From assembly GCA_017484125.1 (NCBI GenBank), contig JAFUTV010000006.1:1658-65657 (forward strand): 64,000 nt of DNA. Direction: 5' to 3'. Below are positions 55,761 through 64,000 of this stretch, in pieces (position 1 is the stretch's first letter; every line of letters starts with the position of its first letter). The translations under genes and the position numbers were made by a program. Source of the stretch: Bacilli bacterium. GTDB lineage: Bacteria; Bacillota_I; Bacilli_A; RF39; UBA660. The notes beneath the pieces were generated by a model, which made no database searches, was not told where the DNA came from, and was given only the letters and a program-made list of their open reading frames with translations.

Positions 55761-57515
55761 TTATACCCTTTTATTTTTTATTTCTTCTAATAATAGTTTA
55801 ACAAATTCTTCTTTTTTTAATGTCTTAGTTTCTTGTGAAGAATACATACGATATGATACTTCATTATTATCTTTTTCTTTATCACCTATAACAAGATTAT
55901 ATGGTATCTTTCTAATTTGTGACTCTCTTAAACGATAACCTAGTTTTTCATCTCTATTATCCAGTTCTACTCTGATATCATTTTCTTTTAGTAATTCATA
56001 TATTTCTTTGGCATATTCGTCATGATATTCATTATTTACTGGTAAAATATTAACTTGAACTGGTGATAACCAAAGTGGTAATGCTCCTTTTGTCATTTCT
56101 AAATAAAGTGCAATAAATCTATCAAGTGTTCCAAGTATTGCTCTATGAATTACTACTGGTGTTTTTTTAGAACCATCAGAATCAATATATTTTAAATCAA
56201 ATTTAGCAGGTAAGCAAAAGTCTAATTGACATGTTGAAAGAGTAACTTCATTTCCTACTGCTGGTTTAATTTGGACATCAAGTTTTGGACCATAGAAGGC
56301 TGCTTCACCTATTTTTTCAACATAATCTATTTTTAAATCATTTAATACTTCTCTTAATTTATTTTCTGCTAAATCCCACATTTTATCATCTTGATGATAT
56401 TTGACTTTATCTTCTTTATCTCTTAGAGATAATTCAAATCTATAATCAGTAATATTTAACTCTTTATATACTTCTAAGATTAAATCAACTACACCTTTAA
56501 ATTCAGCTTCAATTTGTTCTGGAGTACAAAATATATGACAATCATTTTGGCAGAATGTTCTAACACGTTCAATTCCTTTTAATGAACCAGATGCTTCATA
56601 TCTACAATCTCTTGCAATTTCAGCAATTCTTATTGGAAGTTCTTTATAAGAATGTAAATCATTAGAATACATAACCATATGATGCGGACAATTCATAGGA
56701 CGAAGAACATATTCTTCATCTTCAACTTGCATGATTGGAAACATTGAATCCTTATAATGTTCTAAATGTCCTGACGTTTTATAAAGTTCAACATTACCTA
56801 AAGGTGGAGTTTGAACATGAACATATCCTCTTTTTATTTCTTTATCTCTTATATAATTTTCTAAAATATTCCATAACGTAAATCCATTTGGTAAATACAT
56901 AGGAAGTCCTCTTCCTACTAAATCAGACATCATATATATTTTTAAATCTTTACCAATTTTCCTATGATCTCTTTCTTTAGCATCTTCTAATTCTTGTAAG
57001 TGATTATTTAAATCCTCTTCGCTTCTAAAGCATACTCCATATATTCTTTGAAGCATTTTATTATTACTATCACCTTTCCAATATGCACCAGAAAATTTAG
57101 TTAATTTAAAATATTTACATTCCTTAACACTTTCAACATGTGGTCCACGACAAAGATCAGTATAATCTCCTTGTGTGTAACACGAAATATTTGTATCATC
57201 TGCCATATTATTTATTAAATCTATCTTGTATGGATCATCTTTAAATAAATCTAGTGCTTCTTTTCTTGTTATTTCATGTCTAACAATTCTTTTACCATCT
57301 TTTATTATTTTTTTCATTTCTTTAGAGATGTTTTCTATATCTTCTTCAGATATTACTTTATCTCCTAAATCTATATCATAATAAAAGCCTTCTTCAACTA
57401 CTGGTCCAACCCAAAACTTAGCATTTGGAAATAAATGTTTAACTGCTTGAGCCATAACATGTGCACATGAGTGATTTAGTGGCATTAAATCCTTATCTTC
57501 TTTAAAATTAATCAT
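55761..57515 (-). CDS. thrS: Threonine--tRNA ligase lacking the N-terminal TGS domain
   Basis: 584 aa. It starts at the editing-domain motif (LNHSCAHVMAQAV, compare B. subtilis HSTAHLLAQAI at about residue 75). Class II core ..RPMNCPHHM.. and ..FYGPKLDVQ... Confidence 0.95.
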   Translation of the reverse strand: MINFKEDKDLMPLNHSCAHVMAQAVKHLFPNAKFWVGPVVEEGFYYDIDLGDKVISEEDIENISKEMKKIIKDGKRIVRHEITRKEALDLFKDDPYKIDLINNMADDTNISCYTQGDYTDLCRGPHVESVKECKYFKLTKFSGAYWKGDSNNKMLQRIYGVCFRSEEDLNNHLQELEDAKERDHRKIGKDLKIYMMSDLVGRGLPMYLPNGFTLWNILENYIRDKEIKRGYVHVQTPPLGNVELYKTSGHLEHYKDSMFPIMQVEDEEYVLRPMNCPHHMVMYSNDLHSYKELPIRIAEIARDCRYEASGSLKGIERVRTFCQNDCHIFCTPEQIEAEFKGVVDLILEVYKELNITDYRFELSLRDKEDKVKYHQDDKMWDLAENKLREVLNDLKIDYVEKIGEAAFYGPKLDVQIKPAVGNEVTLSTCQLDFCLPAKFDLKYIDSDGSKKTPVVIHRAILGTLDRFIALYLEMTKGALPLWLSPVQVNILPVNNEYHDEYAKEIYELLKENDIRVELDNRDEKLGYRLRESQIRKIPYNLVIGDKEKDNNEVSYRMYSSQETKTLKKEEFVKLLLEEIKNKRV

Positions 57516-57517
57516 AA

Positions 57518-57694
57518 TTATCTTCCTTTCCTTACTTGTTCTAATGCTTCTTTTTTTAATTTATCTCTTACTTCTTCAATCTCAGTTTTTAATATCTTTA
57601 TTTTTTCTTCATCAAGAGCCATTTTAGCATATTCTAAAGCTAATCTTAATTGATATAGTTTTTCTTTGGTTTCATTTCTTGTGCTTTTACTCAT
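57518..57694 (-). CDS. Small helical, charged protein (58 aa) between the T-box terminator and thrS. Not in the ORF track
   Basis: Manual translation: MSKSTRNETKEKLYQLRLALEYAKMALDEEKIKILKTEIEEVRDKLKKEALEQVRKGR. Strong RBS AGGAGGaattaaATG. Stop TAA lies 2 nt before the thrS ATG. Confidence 0.55.
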   Translation of the reverse strand: MSKSTRNETKEKLYQLRLALEYAKMALDEEKIKILKTEIEEVRDKLKKEALEQVRKGR

Positions 57695-57712
57695 TTAATT
57701 CCTCCTAAAAAT

Positions 57713-57905
57713 AAAAAAGATGATACTTTTAAGGAGTCAATATATGACGGTACCATCCTTTATTTAACTTAATTATGTTAACGACTACTAAAGCCGGGAT
57801 TCTCTTTCGAGTCCAATTCATAGGTAGTAATTTAATAATACTTTAATTAATCTTTCAGCTAAATGATTAACTCTCTTTGTAAAGCAATATATTAAACCAT
57901 GTCCT
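57713..57905 (-). promoter_or_regulatory. T-box riboswitch leader (Thr specifier candidate ACC/ACU) with terminator
   Basis: The minus strand contains AGAGAG (GA motif), an AGTA box, ..ttACTACCtatg.., and the T-box AAAGGATGGTACCGTC. Its GGATGGTAC pairs with GTATCATCT and is followed by TTTTTT (terminator 57713-57758). Confidence 0.75.
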
Positions 57906-57921
57906 AATCAACATCTTTACA

Positions 57922-57955
57922 ATTATAAATTATCATAATTATGAATAAAATTCAA
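57922..57955 (-). promoter_or_regulatory. Candidate promoter of the T-box/thrS transcript
   Basis: TTGAAT, 17 nt, TAATTT (TG-extended). A perfect TATAAT follows immediately. Confidence 0.3.
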
Positions 57956-57964
57956 GTACTAACA

Positions 57965-59356
57965 TCAAATAAGTGTATAGATAGTGCCTTCTCTAGTATC
58001 TTTAATTTCAATACCTTTTTCTAATAATTCATTTCTAATTTGATCAGCAAGTTCAAAATTTTTATCCTGTTTTGCTTGTTTTCTTTCTTCAATCTTTGAA
58101 TTAATATATTCCTCTAAATCATTATCTATTTCTTTACTTTGGATTAAATTAATGCTTAGTACTTTATCAAAATCATTAATCAATTTTAATTTAGTATTAC
58201 CATTTACTTCATTATCTTTTAATAATTCATATAGCACTGATAATGCATTAGATGTATTTAAATCATTAGAAATTTCATTTTTAAATTTATCGTTATATAA
58301 ATTATATTTATCGTCTAAAATATCACCTTCACTTGTTATATTTGATATTTTATTTCTTAACTTAATTAATGTTTCTTGTGCTTGTTTTAATGCATCATAA
58401 GAAAATATTAATTGTTTTTTATAATGAGAGTTTAAACACATAAATCTAAATGCAAGAGGATCATATCCTTCTTCTTCTAGGGCACTTACAGTAAGTATAG
58501 CACCATTTGATTTAGACATTTTACCGCTTTCATCAAGTAAATGTTCATTATGGAACCAATAATTACACCATTTATGTCCAAGATAAGATTCACTTTGAGC
58601 AATTTCATTAGTATGATGAGGGAAAATATTATCTACTCCACCACCATGAATATCTAAATGTTCTCCTAAATACTTAATTGAAATACCAGAACATTCAATA
58701 TGCCATCCAGGATACCCTTTTCCAAAAGGAGAATCCCAAAGTAATTCATGATTTTCAAATTTTGATGTTGTAAACCACAATGCAAAATCAGCTTGGTTTC
58801 TTTTTCTTTCATCTTCTTCAACACCATCACGTACTCCAACAACCATCTCATCTTCTTGGTTATTAGTTAAAACATAATAATTTTTTAGTTTTGAAATATC
58901 AAAATATACATTACCACCAGATACATATGCATATTCATCATTAATTAATTTTTCTATCATTTTGATATACATATCAATATTTTGTGTTGCGGGTGATACA
59001 ATTTCAGGCATTTTACAATTAACCTTTTTAAAATCATTAAAGAACGCATCAGTATAAAACTTTGCTATTTCCATTGCTGATTTATGCTCTCTTTTTTTGG
59101 CAACTTCCATTTTATCAATGCCCGAATCAGAATCACTTGTTAAATGTCCAACATCAGTAATATTCATTGCTCTAACTACGTTATATCCTAGATATCTTAA
59201 TGTTTTTTCTAAAATATCATGTCCTATATAATTTCTTATATTTCCTATATGTGCATAGTGATATACTGTAGGTCCACATGTATACATTGTAACTTTATCT
59301 TTATTATAAGGAACAAATTCTTCTTTTTTTCTTGTTAATGTATTATATATAATCAT
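57965..59356 (-). CDS. cysS: Cysteine--tRNA ligase
   Basis: HIGH motif (HYAHIGNIR), KMSKS (GKMSKSNG), and Zn ligand context CGPTVY.. / ..HIECS... Confidence 0.95.
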   Translation of the reverse strand: MIIYNTLTRKKEEFVPYNKDKVTMYTCGPTVYHYAHIGNIRNYIGHDILEKTLRYLGYNVVRAMNITDVGHLTSDSDSGIDKMEVAKKREHKSAMEIAKFYTDAFFNDFKKVNCKMPEIVSPATQNIDMYIKMIEKLINDEYAYVSGGNVYFDISKLKNYYVLTNNQEDEMVVGVRDGVEEDERKRNQADFALWFTTSKFENHELLWDSPFGKGYPGWHIECSGISIKYLGEHLDIHGGGVDNIFPHHTNEIAQSESYLGHKWCNYWFHNEHLLDESGKMSKSNGAILTVSALEEEGYDPLAFRFMCLNSHYKKQLIFSYDALKQAQETLIKLRNKISNITSEGDILDDKYNLYNDKFKNEISNDLNTSNALSVLYELLKDNEVNGNTKLKLINDFDKVLSINLIQSKEIDNDLEEYINSKIEERKQAKQDKNFELADQIRNELLEKGIEIKDTREGTIYTLI

Positions 59357-59421
59357 TTTTAATCACCTTCCTAATTATACATCACTTATTCAAATATATG
59401 TCAAAATAATTATAACACAAA

Positions 59422-60675
59422 TTATTTATTATAAATATTTTTAACAATACTATAGTTTGATTTATCTATCTTATTTAATAAAGTTTTACATTCTTTAATA
59501 TTTAAATTTTTGATAAAATTAACATCATCAACTTGATATAAATTATATAGTAAAACATTATTTATAAAGTTATCAGTTATCCAATTTATTTTTTCAAAAT
59601 TATTAATATTGCCAATAATAGATTGATTTTTCCATGTAGTAAATGTTTTATCTTCTATTTCTAAATTATTAAATTTATCATTAATTAGTTTAATAACTTT
59701 ATCAAATTCATTTGTATAACAAACAAAAGATATTAATAAATAATCTCCCACTGTTTTTGGATTAAAGTTATAATCAATAGCATACAGTGATAATTTATTT
59801 TGAATCAAATAGTTAAATAATTTTGATTCTTCTCCAAAGTTAGTTTGAAGTAAATATCCAAAATAATAATCTAATTTATTTTTTTCAAGAGGTGTTAACT
59901 TAGAAAGATTTATTTTATATGTTATATTAAAAAAACTTTCTTTTAATTCACCAGAATATATACTTCTTTTTTTAATAACTTTATCATTTTCAATAATTGG
60001 CACTCTTTTTACTTTTATTTTTTTATAATTAAAATTTGCATACTCTTTTTTTATTAAACTAACAATATTTTTAGGAAAATTACCAGTTAAAATAATCATT
60101 TGATTTTCTGGACGATAAAAAGCATCATAAAAATCTTTTAATGTATTAATATTCATATTTAAAATATCATCGGGATTTCCAAGTCCAATATTAAAATACT
60201 TTGTTTTAAAAACACTTTTAAAAACACAATCCATAAAAGCTATATTTTTATTATCATTTTTTCTATTTATTTCTGCAACAATAGGCTTTTTTGTTAACTC
60301 TACACTTTCTTCATCAAATTTAGGATTATTTACTAAATTTAAAAGCTTTATAAAATTCTCTTTAAAATCATGAACTGTGTCTATAAAATATACAGTTCTA
60401 TCATTTGATGTATATCCATTACTATTAACATAATCTTTAGAAAAAATATTACTAAGATTTCCATATATACTTCTTTCAATTAAATAATGTTCAAGAAAAT
60501 GAGCTACTCCATATGGTTGAATAACTTTTTTATTATTAACATAAAATTCATTATTATTTGCTCCAGCATTAACAATAATTGTTGCATGAACATGATGTTT
60601 TTTATTATCTCTATTTAAAACAATTTTTAAACCATTATCTAAATTTATTTGTTTAATATTACTCATGCATATCAC
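59422..60675 (-). CDS. M16 (insulinase/pitrilysin) family zinc peptidase, active-type subunit
   Basis: HxxEH zinc motif present (GVAHFLEHYLIE). Confidence 0.7.
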   Translation of the reverse strand: MICMSNIKQINLDNGLKIVLNRDNKKHHVHATIIVNAGANNNEFYVNNKKVIQPYGVAHFLEHYLIERSIYGNLSNIFSKDYVNSNGYTSNDRTVYFIDTVHDFKENFIKLLNLVNNPKFDEESVELTKKPIVAEINRKNDNKNIAFMDCVFKSVFKTKYFNIGLGNPDDILNMNINTLKDFYDAFYRPENQMIILTGNFPKNIVSLIKKEYANFNYKKIKVKRVPIIENDKVIKKRSIYSGELKESFFNITYKINLSKLTPLEKNKLDYYFGYLLQTNFGEESKLFNYLIQNKLSLYAIDYNFNPKTVGDYLLISFVCYTNEFDKVIKLINDKFNNLEIEDKTFTTWKNQSIIGNINNFEKINWITDNFINNVLLYNLYQVDDVNFIKNLNIKECKTLLNKIDKSNYSIVKNIYNK

Positions 60676-61912
60676 CTGCTACCATAATCATTTTTCTAGT
60701 TAATTTTATTCTATCTAAGAATTTAACCATGTCATTTAAACTTAACTTTTTAACAAACTTTAATTTATCACTTAAAGAATCATAATTAGTAATATACTTA
60801 GATATCTTATCATTAGGAGCATTAAATAAATCATCTTTTTGACTAAGTATGTCGTATTCTAAAGCTTTAATTAATCTATTTTTATATAAATTAAAGTTAT
60901 CTTCTTTTTTAATCATTTCAAAAGTGTCATTAATTAAATCTATAATAGTTTTTAAATCCTCTATAGAAAAGAATACTCTTATAATTAATGAAGCATATAT
61001 GTTACTATGAGTAACATAAGAATTATAAATTAAATTATGTTTATTTCTTAACACCTCATATATTAAGTCATTTTCTCTAGAAGCTAAAAAATAATATAGT
61101 GTTGTTAATAATAAAACATCATCTTCTTTCATATTATCTACCTGATAATATAAATTAACAACGGATTGATTATACTTAGTCTTAATCTTTTTTTCTTTAT
61201 ATTCAATTAATTTTTGAAATTTATAAAAATTACAATCAAAACTAAATAATTTTTTATCTTGTTTAAAATATTTATTAAATATAGAAGCAATATTTTTTTT
61301 ATCATCTAAATTTCCATATATATAGCAAATAAAATTATTATTTATAATACTTTTTTTATAAAATTTATATACGTCTTTGTTAGTAATTGTTTTTAAATTA
61401 TTTATATATTCATCATAATGAATATCTTGATTTCTTTTTTCATCATAAAAATCTTCAAAAGTATCTGCAGCAAATTGATTAATTGAATTAGGATAGTCTT
61501 TTTCTCTTTCTAAGAGAAAATCTTTTTCCCATTTAAAATGTTCTTCATCAAAACTATTATTATTGGTAAACGGCTTATATATAGATTCATAAAAGAATTT
61601 AATTGAATTTTCTAAAGAAAAATCATCAATTAATGAAGACTTAGGAATAACAAGTCTAAAAACAATAACGCATACATTACCAATTGTTTGTGAAGAAACA
61701 TCATAATCCATTATTAATAAATCTTTTATATTTCTTTTAAAATCAGTTGTGTTAGTATAAATACTATTACATGATGATAAAATTCTCTTCATTATTATTT
61801 TAGATACTACATCACTATTTTTATGAGGTAATAAATAAAATAATCTAATGATAGTTTTATTTACATCCTTTACTTTTATGAATCTTGGCTTGGTACTAAA
61901 TTTTTGAATCAT
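60659..61912 (-). CDS. M16-like peptidase partner subunit (no HxxEH motif seen)
   Basis: Same length (417 aa). Overlaps the downstream M16 gene by 17 nt. I found no zinc motif. The typical arrangement is an inactive/active pair. Confidence 0.5.
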   Translation of the reverse strand: MIQKFSTKPRFIKVKDVNKTIIRLFYLLPHKNSDVVSKIIMKRILSSCNSIYTNTTDFKRNIKDLLIMDYDVSSQTIGNVCVIVFRLVIPKSSLIDDFSLENSIKFFYESIYKPFTNNNSFDEEHFKWEKDFLLEREKDYPNSINQFAADTFEDFYDEKRNQDIHYDEYINNLKTITNKDVYKFYKKSIINNNFICYIYGNLDDKKNIASIFNKYFKQDKKLFSFDCNFYKFQKLIEYKEKKIKTKYNQSVVNLYYQVDNMKEDDVLLLTTLYYFLASRENDLIYEVLRNKHNLIYNSYVTHSNIYASLIIRVFFSIEDLKTIIDLINDTFEMIKKEDNFNLYKNRLIKALEYDILSQKDDLFNAPNDKISKYITNYDSLSDKLKFVKKLSLNDMVKFLDRIKLTRKMIMVAGDMHE

Positions 61913-62663
61913 GTATAACCTCCCTTATTTTAACCACTTCTTCATTTGATAATTCATCAAATAATTTATTTAAAAAAGTATCATCAATATTATAAGATTT
62001 CACTATTTGCCTTGCATTATTTTGAGTAATATTATCTAATCTTATTAATATTTCTTTTAATGCATTTTTAACTTTCATATATCTATATTTATAAAGTAAT
62101 CTTATTATTTGTTCACTTTTATTTAAACTATTTATATCTTTAGGAGAAAAAGTTATTAAGGATGACATTGTTTTAGGTGCTGGATTAAACGACTCTGGTT
62201 TTATATCAATTACGTGTTCAATATTAAAATATAAATTAACAAGTATTGAAAGTTTAGTATTATTTTTTAAAATACTATCATATAATTTTTTCCCACATAT
62301 CATGATTAATTTATCAAAATCTACATCAATTAACTTATATATGAATGGATCAGTAATAGAATATGGTAAACTAGTTACTATTTTATTTACTCTTGGAATA
62401 TTATAATTTAGTATATCTTCATATATAATTAAAGCATTAATATCTTTAAGATAACTACTTAATCTTTTATCTTTTTCAACAACAATTAATTTTTTACAAT
62501 TATTTTCAAGTTTATTTGTAATTACACCCTTACCAGGTCCAATTTCTAAAATAATATCATTTTCTTTTTCATCTATAGTTTTATAAAACAAATCAATTAT
62601 TTTTTGATCTATTAAAAAATGCTGATCTAAATAATTTGTGTCATTTATAAACATAAATATCAC
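61896..62663 (-). CDS. rRNA adenine N6-dimethyltransferase family protein (KsgA/Erm-like)
   Basis: LDQHFLIDQKII.., SAM motif ILEIGPGKGVIT, VVEKD, and SLPYSIT in place of N(L/I)PYNI(S/T). 255 aa. Confidence 0.6.
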   Translation of the reverse strand: MIFMFINDTNYLDQHFLIDQKIIDLFYKTIDEKENDIILEIGPGKGVITNKLENNCKKLIVVEKDKRLSSYLKDINALIIYEDILNYNIPRVNKIVTSLPYSITDPFIYKLIDVDFDKLIMICGKKLYDSILKNNTKLSILVNLYFNIEHVIDIKPESFNPAPKTMSSLITFSPKDINSLNKSEQIIRLLYKYRYMKVKNALKEILIRLDNITQNNARQIVKSYNIDDTFLNKLFDELSNEEVVKIREVIHDSKI

Positions 62664-62713
62664 CTTTATATATTATATCATGCCAAAAGAAAATAATCTT
62701 CATTAATTGAAGA

Positions 62714-64000
62714 TTATTCATCATAATATAATTTATAAGGATTATCTTTAGAACCATCACCGGATAATATTCTTATTGTTGGTTTTAAATATATAGTTGG
62801 CAAAATATCGTTTTCAGATGAAGCCACTTGATTATATAATCCTCCACCAAGCAATCTAATCATCATATTTTTGTGAACACTATCTGCCTTTGGCATTAAA
62901 AACCACATATAATTAGCAATAGATATAATCCAATTATTACTAGCACATCCTTTTGTTGATTTCCAAGCAAAATTTTCACTACTACTACTATAAACAGCTG
63001 AATTTAAACATTCATCTCTACTTATATCTTCTCCACCGGATGTAGCATAATAATAATCACTTGGATAAAGTAAAGCTACTTTTCCAATCCATGTTGTTTT
63101 TCTTTCTACATTATCTGTACAATTCTGAACATAAAATTCATCATAACCAGGTGATGTACAATATTGAGTGTTATTTGCCCTTTCAGCATTATAAAAATTA
63201 GATGCATTATATGTATATATGTTTTCTTCACCATTACTTGAAGTATGCCAAACTACTGTATCAATATATTTTTTAGAATCATCTTTCAATCCTGATGAAG
63301 TGAAATCACAAGATTTTGTATGATTTTGGTTAGAATTGTAACATATTCCTGATGATTTATTCCAATATAAACTATTATTTACTAATTGCTTTTCATTATT
63401 ATTACATACCAAAGCATGTGATGAACCTGTATATTCTTCATTACAATTGCTATTAATGTAATCTTTATTTTCTTCATATTTATCATTAAGTAATTTCATT
63501 ATATCCGATTGTGACCATTCATTAATTCCTCTACCCCAGTTTTCATTATTTGAACTATCAAAAGAATATTTACCAATAGAATTTGCTCTAGATAGTTTGA
63601 CTCTGGAAGCTTTATTACCATTAGCATCTTCAATATTATTCATTAAGCCAACAACTCGCCACTCTTCACCATTGAAAGTTACATAATTATTTGGATCTGC
63701 ACCAATATATCTTAAATTATTATCAATTGTATTATCATATGCTAATTCAGTACTAGTTTTAGCTAAATTAGTTAAAGTATCTACAAATGTGCTATATATT
63801 AGATCAGACCATTTAGGACTAATGGTTGAATTACTTGCTCCAATTTTATAAATATTATTTTCTATAGTACCCGATGATGCTTGCCAGCCAAGAAAACTAT
63901 ATCCATCTCTTTTAGGAGTACATAGTTCAAATGTTTCACCATAATTCATTTCATAATCACCATCACACACATTTGTTCCACTAATTGTTAATTTATATGT
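62714..64000 (-). CDS. Flg_new repeat plus DUF6273-like protein, N-terminus beyond the right window edge
   Basis: The reading frame stays open upstream of the track start to nt 64000 (..TYKLTISGTNV-CDGDYEMNYGETFELCTPKRDGYSFLGWQ..). Later ..LRYIGADPNNYVTFNGEEWRVVGLMNN.. and ..ILPTIYLKPT... Related to 34671..36257. Confidence 0.8.
   Translation of the reverse strand, partial: TYKLTISGTNVCDGDYEMNYGETFELCTPKRDGYSFLGWQASSGTIENNIYKIGASNSTISPKWSDLIYSTFVDTLTNLAKTSTELAYDNTIDNNLRYIGADPNNYVTFNGEEWRVVGLMNNIEDANGNKASRVKLSRANSIGKYSFDSSNNENWGRGINEWSQSDIMKLLNDKYEENKDYINSNCNEEYTGSSHALVCNNNEKQLVNNSLYWNKSSGICYNSNQNHTKSCDFTSSGLKDDSKKYIDTVVWHTSSNGEENIYTYNASNFYNAERANNTQYCTSPGYDEFYVQNCTDNVERKTTWIGKVALLYPSDYYYATSGGEDISRDECLNSAVYSSSSENFAWKSTKGCASNNWIISIANYMWFLMPKADSVHKNMMIRLLGGGLYNQVASSENDILPTIYLKPTIRILSGDGSKDNPYKLYYDE

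Noticed and set aside
63961-64000. An apparent frameshift at a (TG)n run near the right edge of 62714..63970
   Set aside because: This was my own miscount of one GT dinucleotide. Re-reading gives ..ACA AAT GTG TGT GAT GGT.., in frame and open to nt 64000. The gene is simply truncated by the window.
1-64000. Mollicutes-type genetic code (TGA = Trp), considered because of the extreme AT-richness
   Set aside because: The invariant Trp of the handle and other conserved Trp residues are encoded by TGG. All housekeeping ORFs are full length under the standard bacterial code. The sporulation genes also argue for a walled Firmicute.

Overview
This is an AT-rich window (about 27% GC by eye). It looks like the chromosome of a low-GC, spore-forming Firmicute: spoIIP, gerE, gerM-like, spoIIIAH-like and cotD-like genes occur together with ezrA. 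An Erysipelotrichia/Bacilli-like lineage is my unverified guess. All domain names below come from reading motifs in the translations. No database or HMM search was run.

Right part (29.4-64 kb): mostly ordinary housekeeping genes, largely on the minus strand.
- polA-fpg, rpoZ, nfo, cysteine desulfurase-ezrA, spoIIP, rpsT and miaA.
- A T-box-controlled thrS, cysS, an M16 peptidase pair, a KsgA/Erm-like methylase, and tRNA-Lys plus tRNA-Thr.
- A class II bacteriocin locus. Its two double-glycine peptides and a small immunity-like ORF are too short to appear in the ORF track.
- A tandem pair of transglutaminase-like proteins next to an ankyrin-repeat protein.

Left part (1-28.7 kb), the unusual system:
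- A 21-kb minus-strand array of 28 tightly packed cistrons (7766-28736), with gaps of 11-57 bp. One copy carries an in-frame TAA.
- Every cistron encodes the same N-terminal module. It is a Sec-type signal peptide ending ..VFA/YS, followed by a roughly 30-aa 'handle' (..A.[DN]VG[FY]TP.D..W.V.NV..ALD[DE]L). I call this the LH (leader-handle) family.
- The handle is fused to unrelated C-terminal 'heads': glycine-rich ALK/LTK-like, discoidin-like, FN3-like, Flg_new plus DUF6273-like, lectin-like and several small beta-rich types.
- After a terminator and a separate promoter comes a giant ORF (1-7508) that runs off the left edge and is missing from the ORF track. It carries the same handle, one glycine-rich domain and about 23 cadherin-like beta-sandwich repeats.
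- Leaders resemble those of their neighbours rather than those of genes with the same head class, which suggests leader/head shuffling.
- I do not recognise this constant-handle, variable-head operon architecture as a described system.
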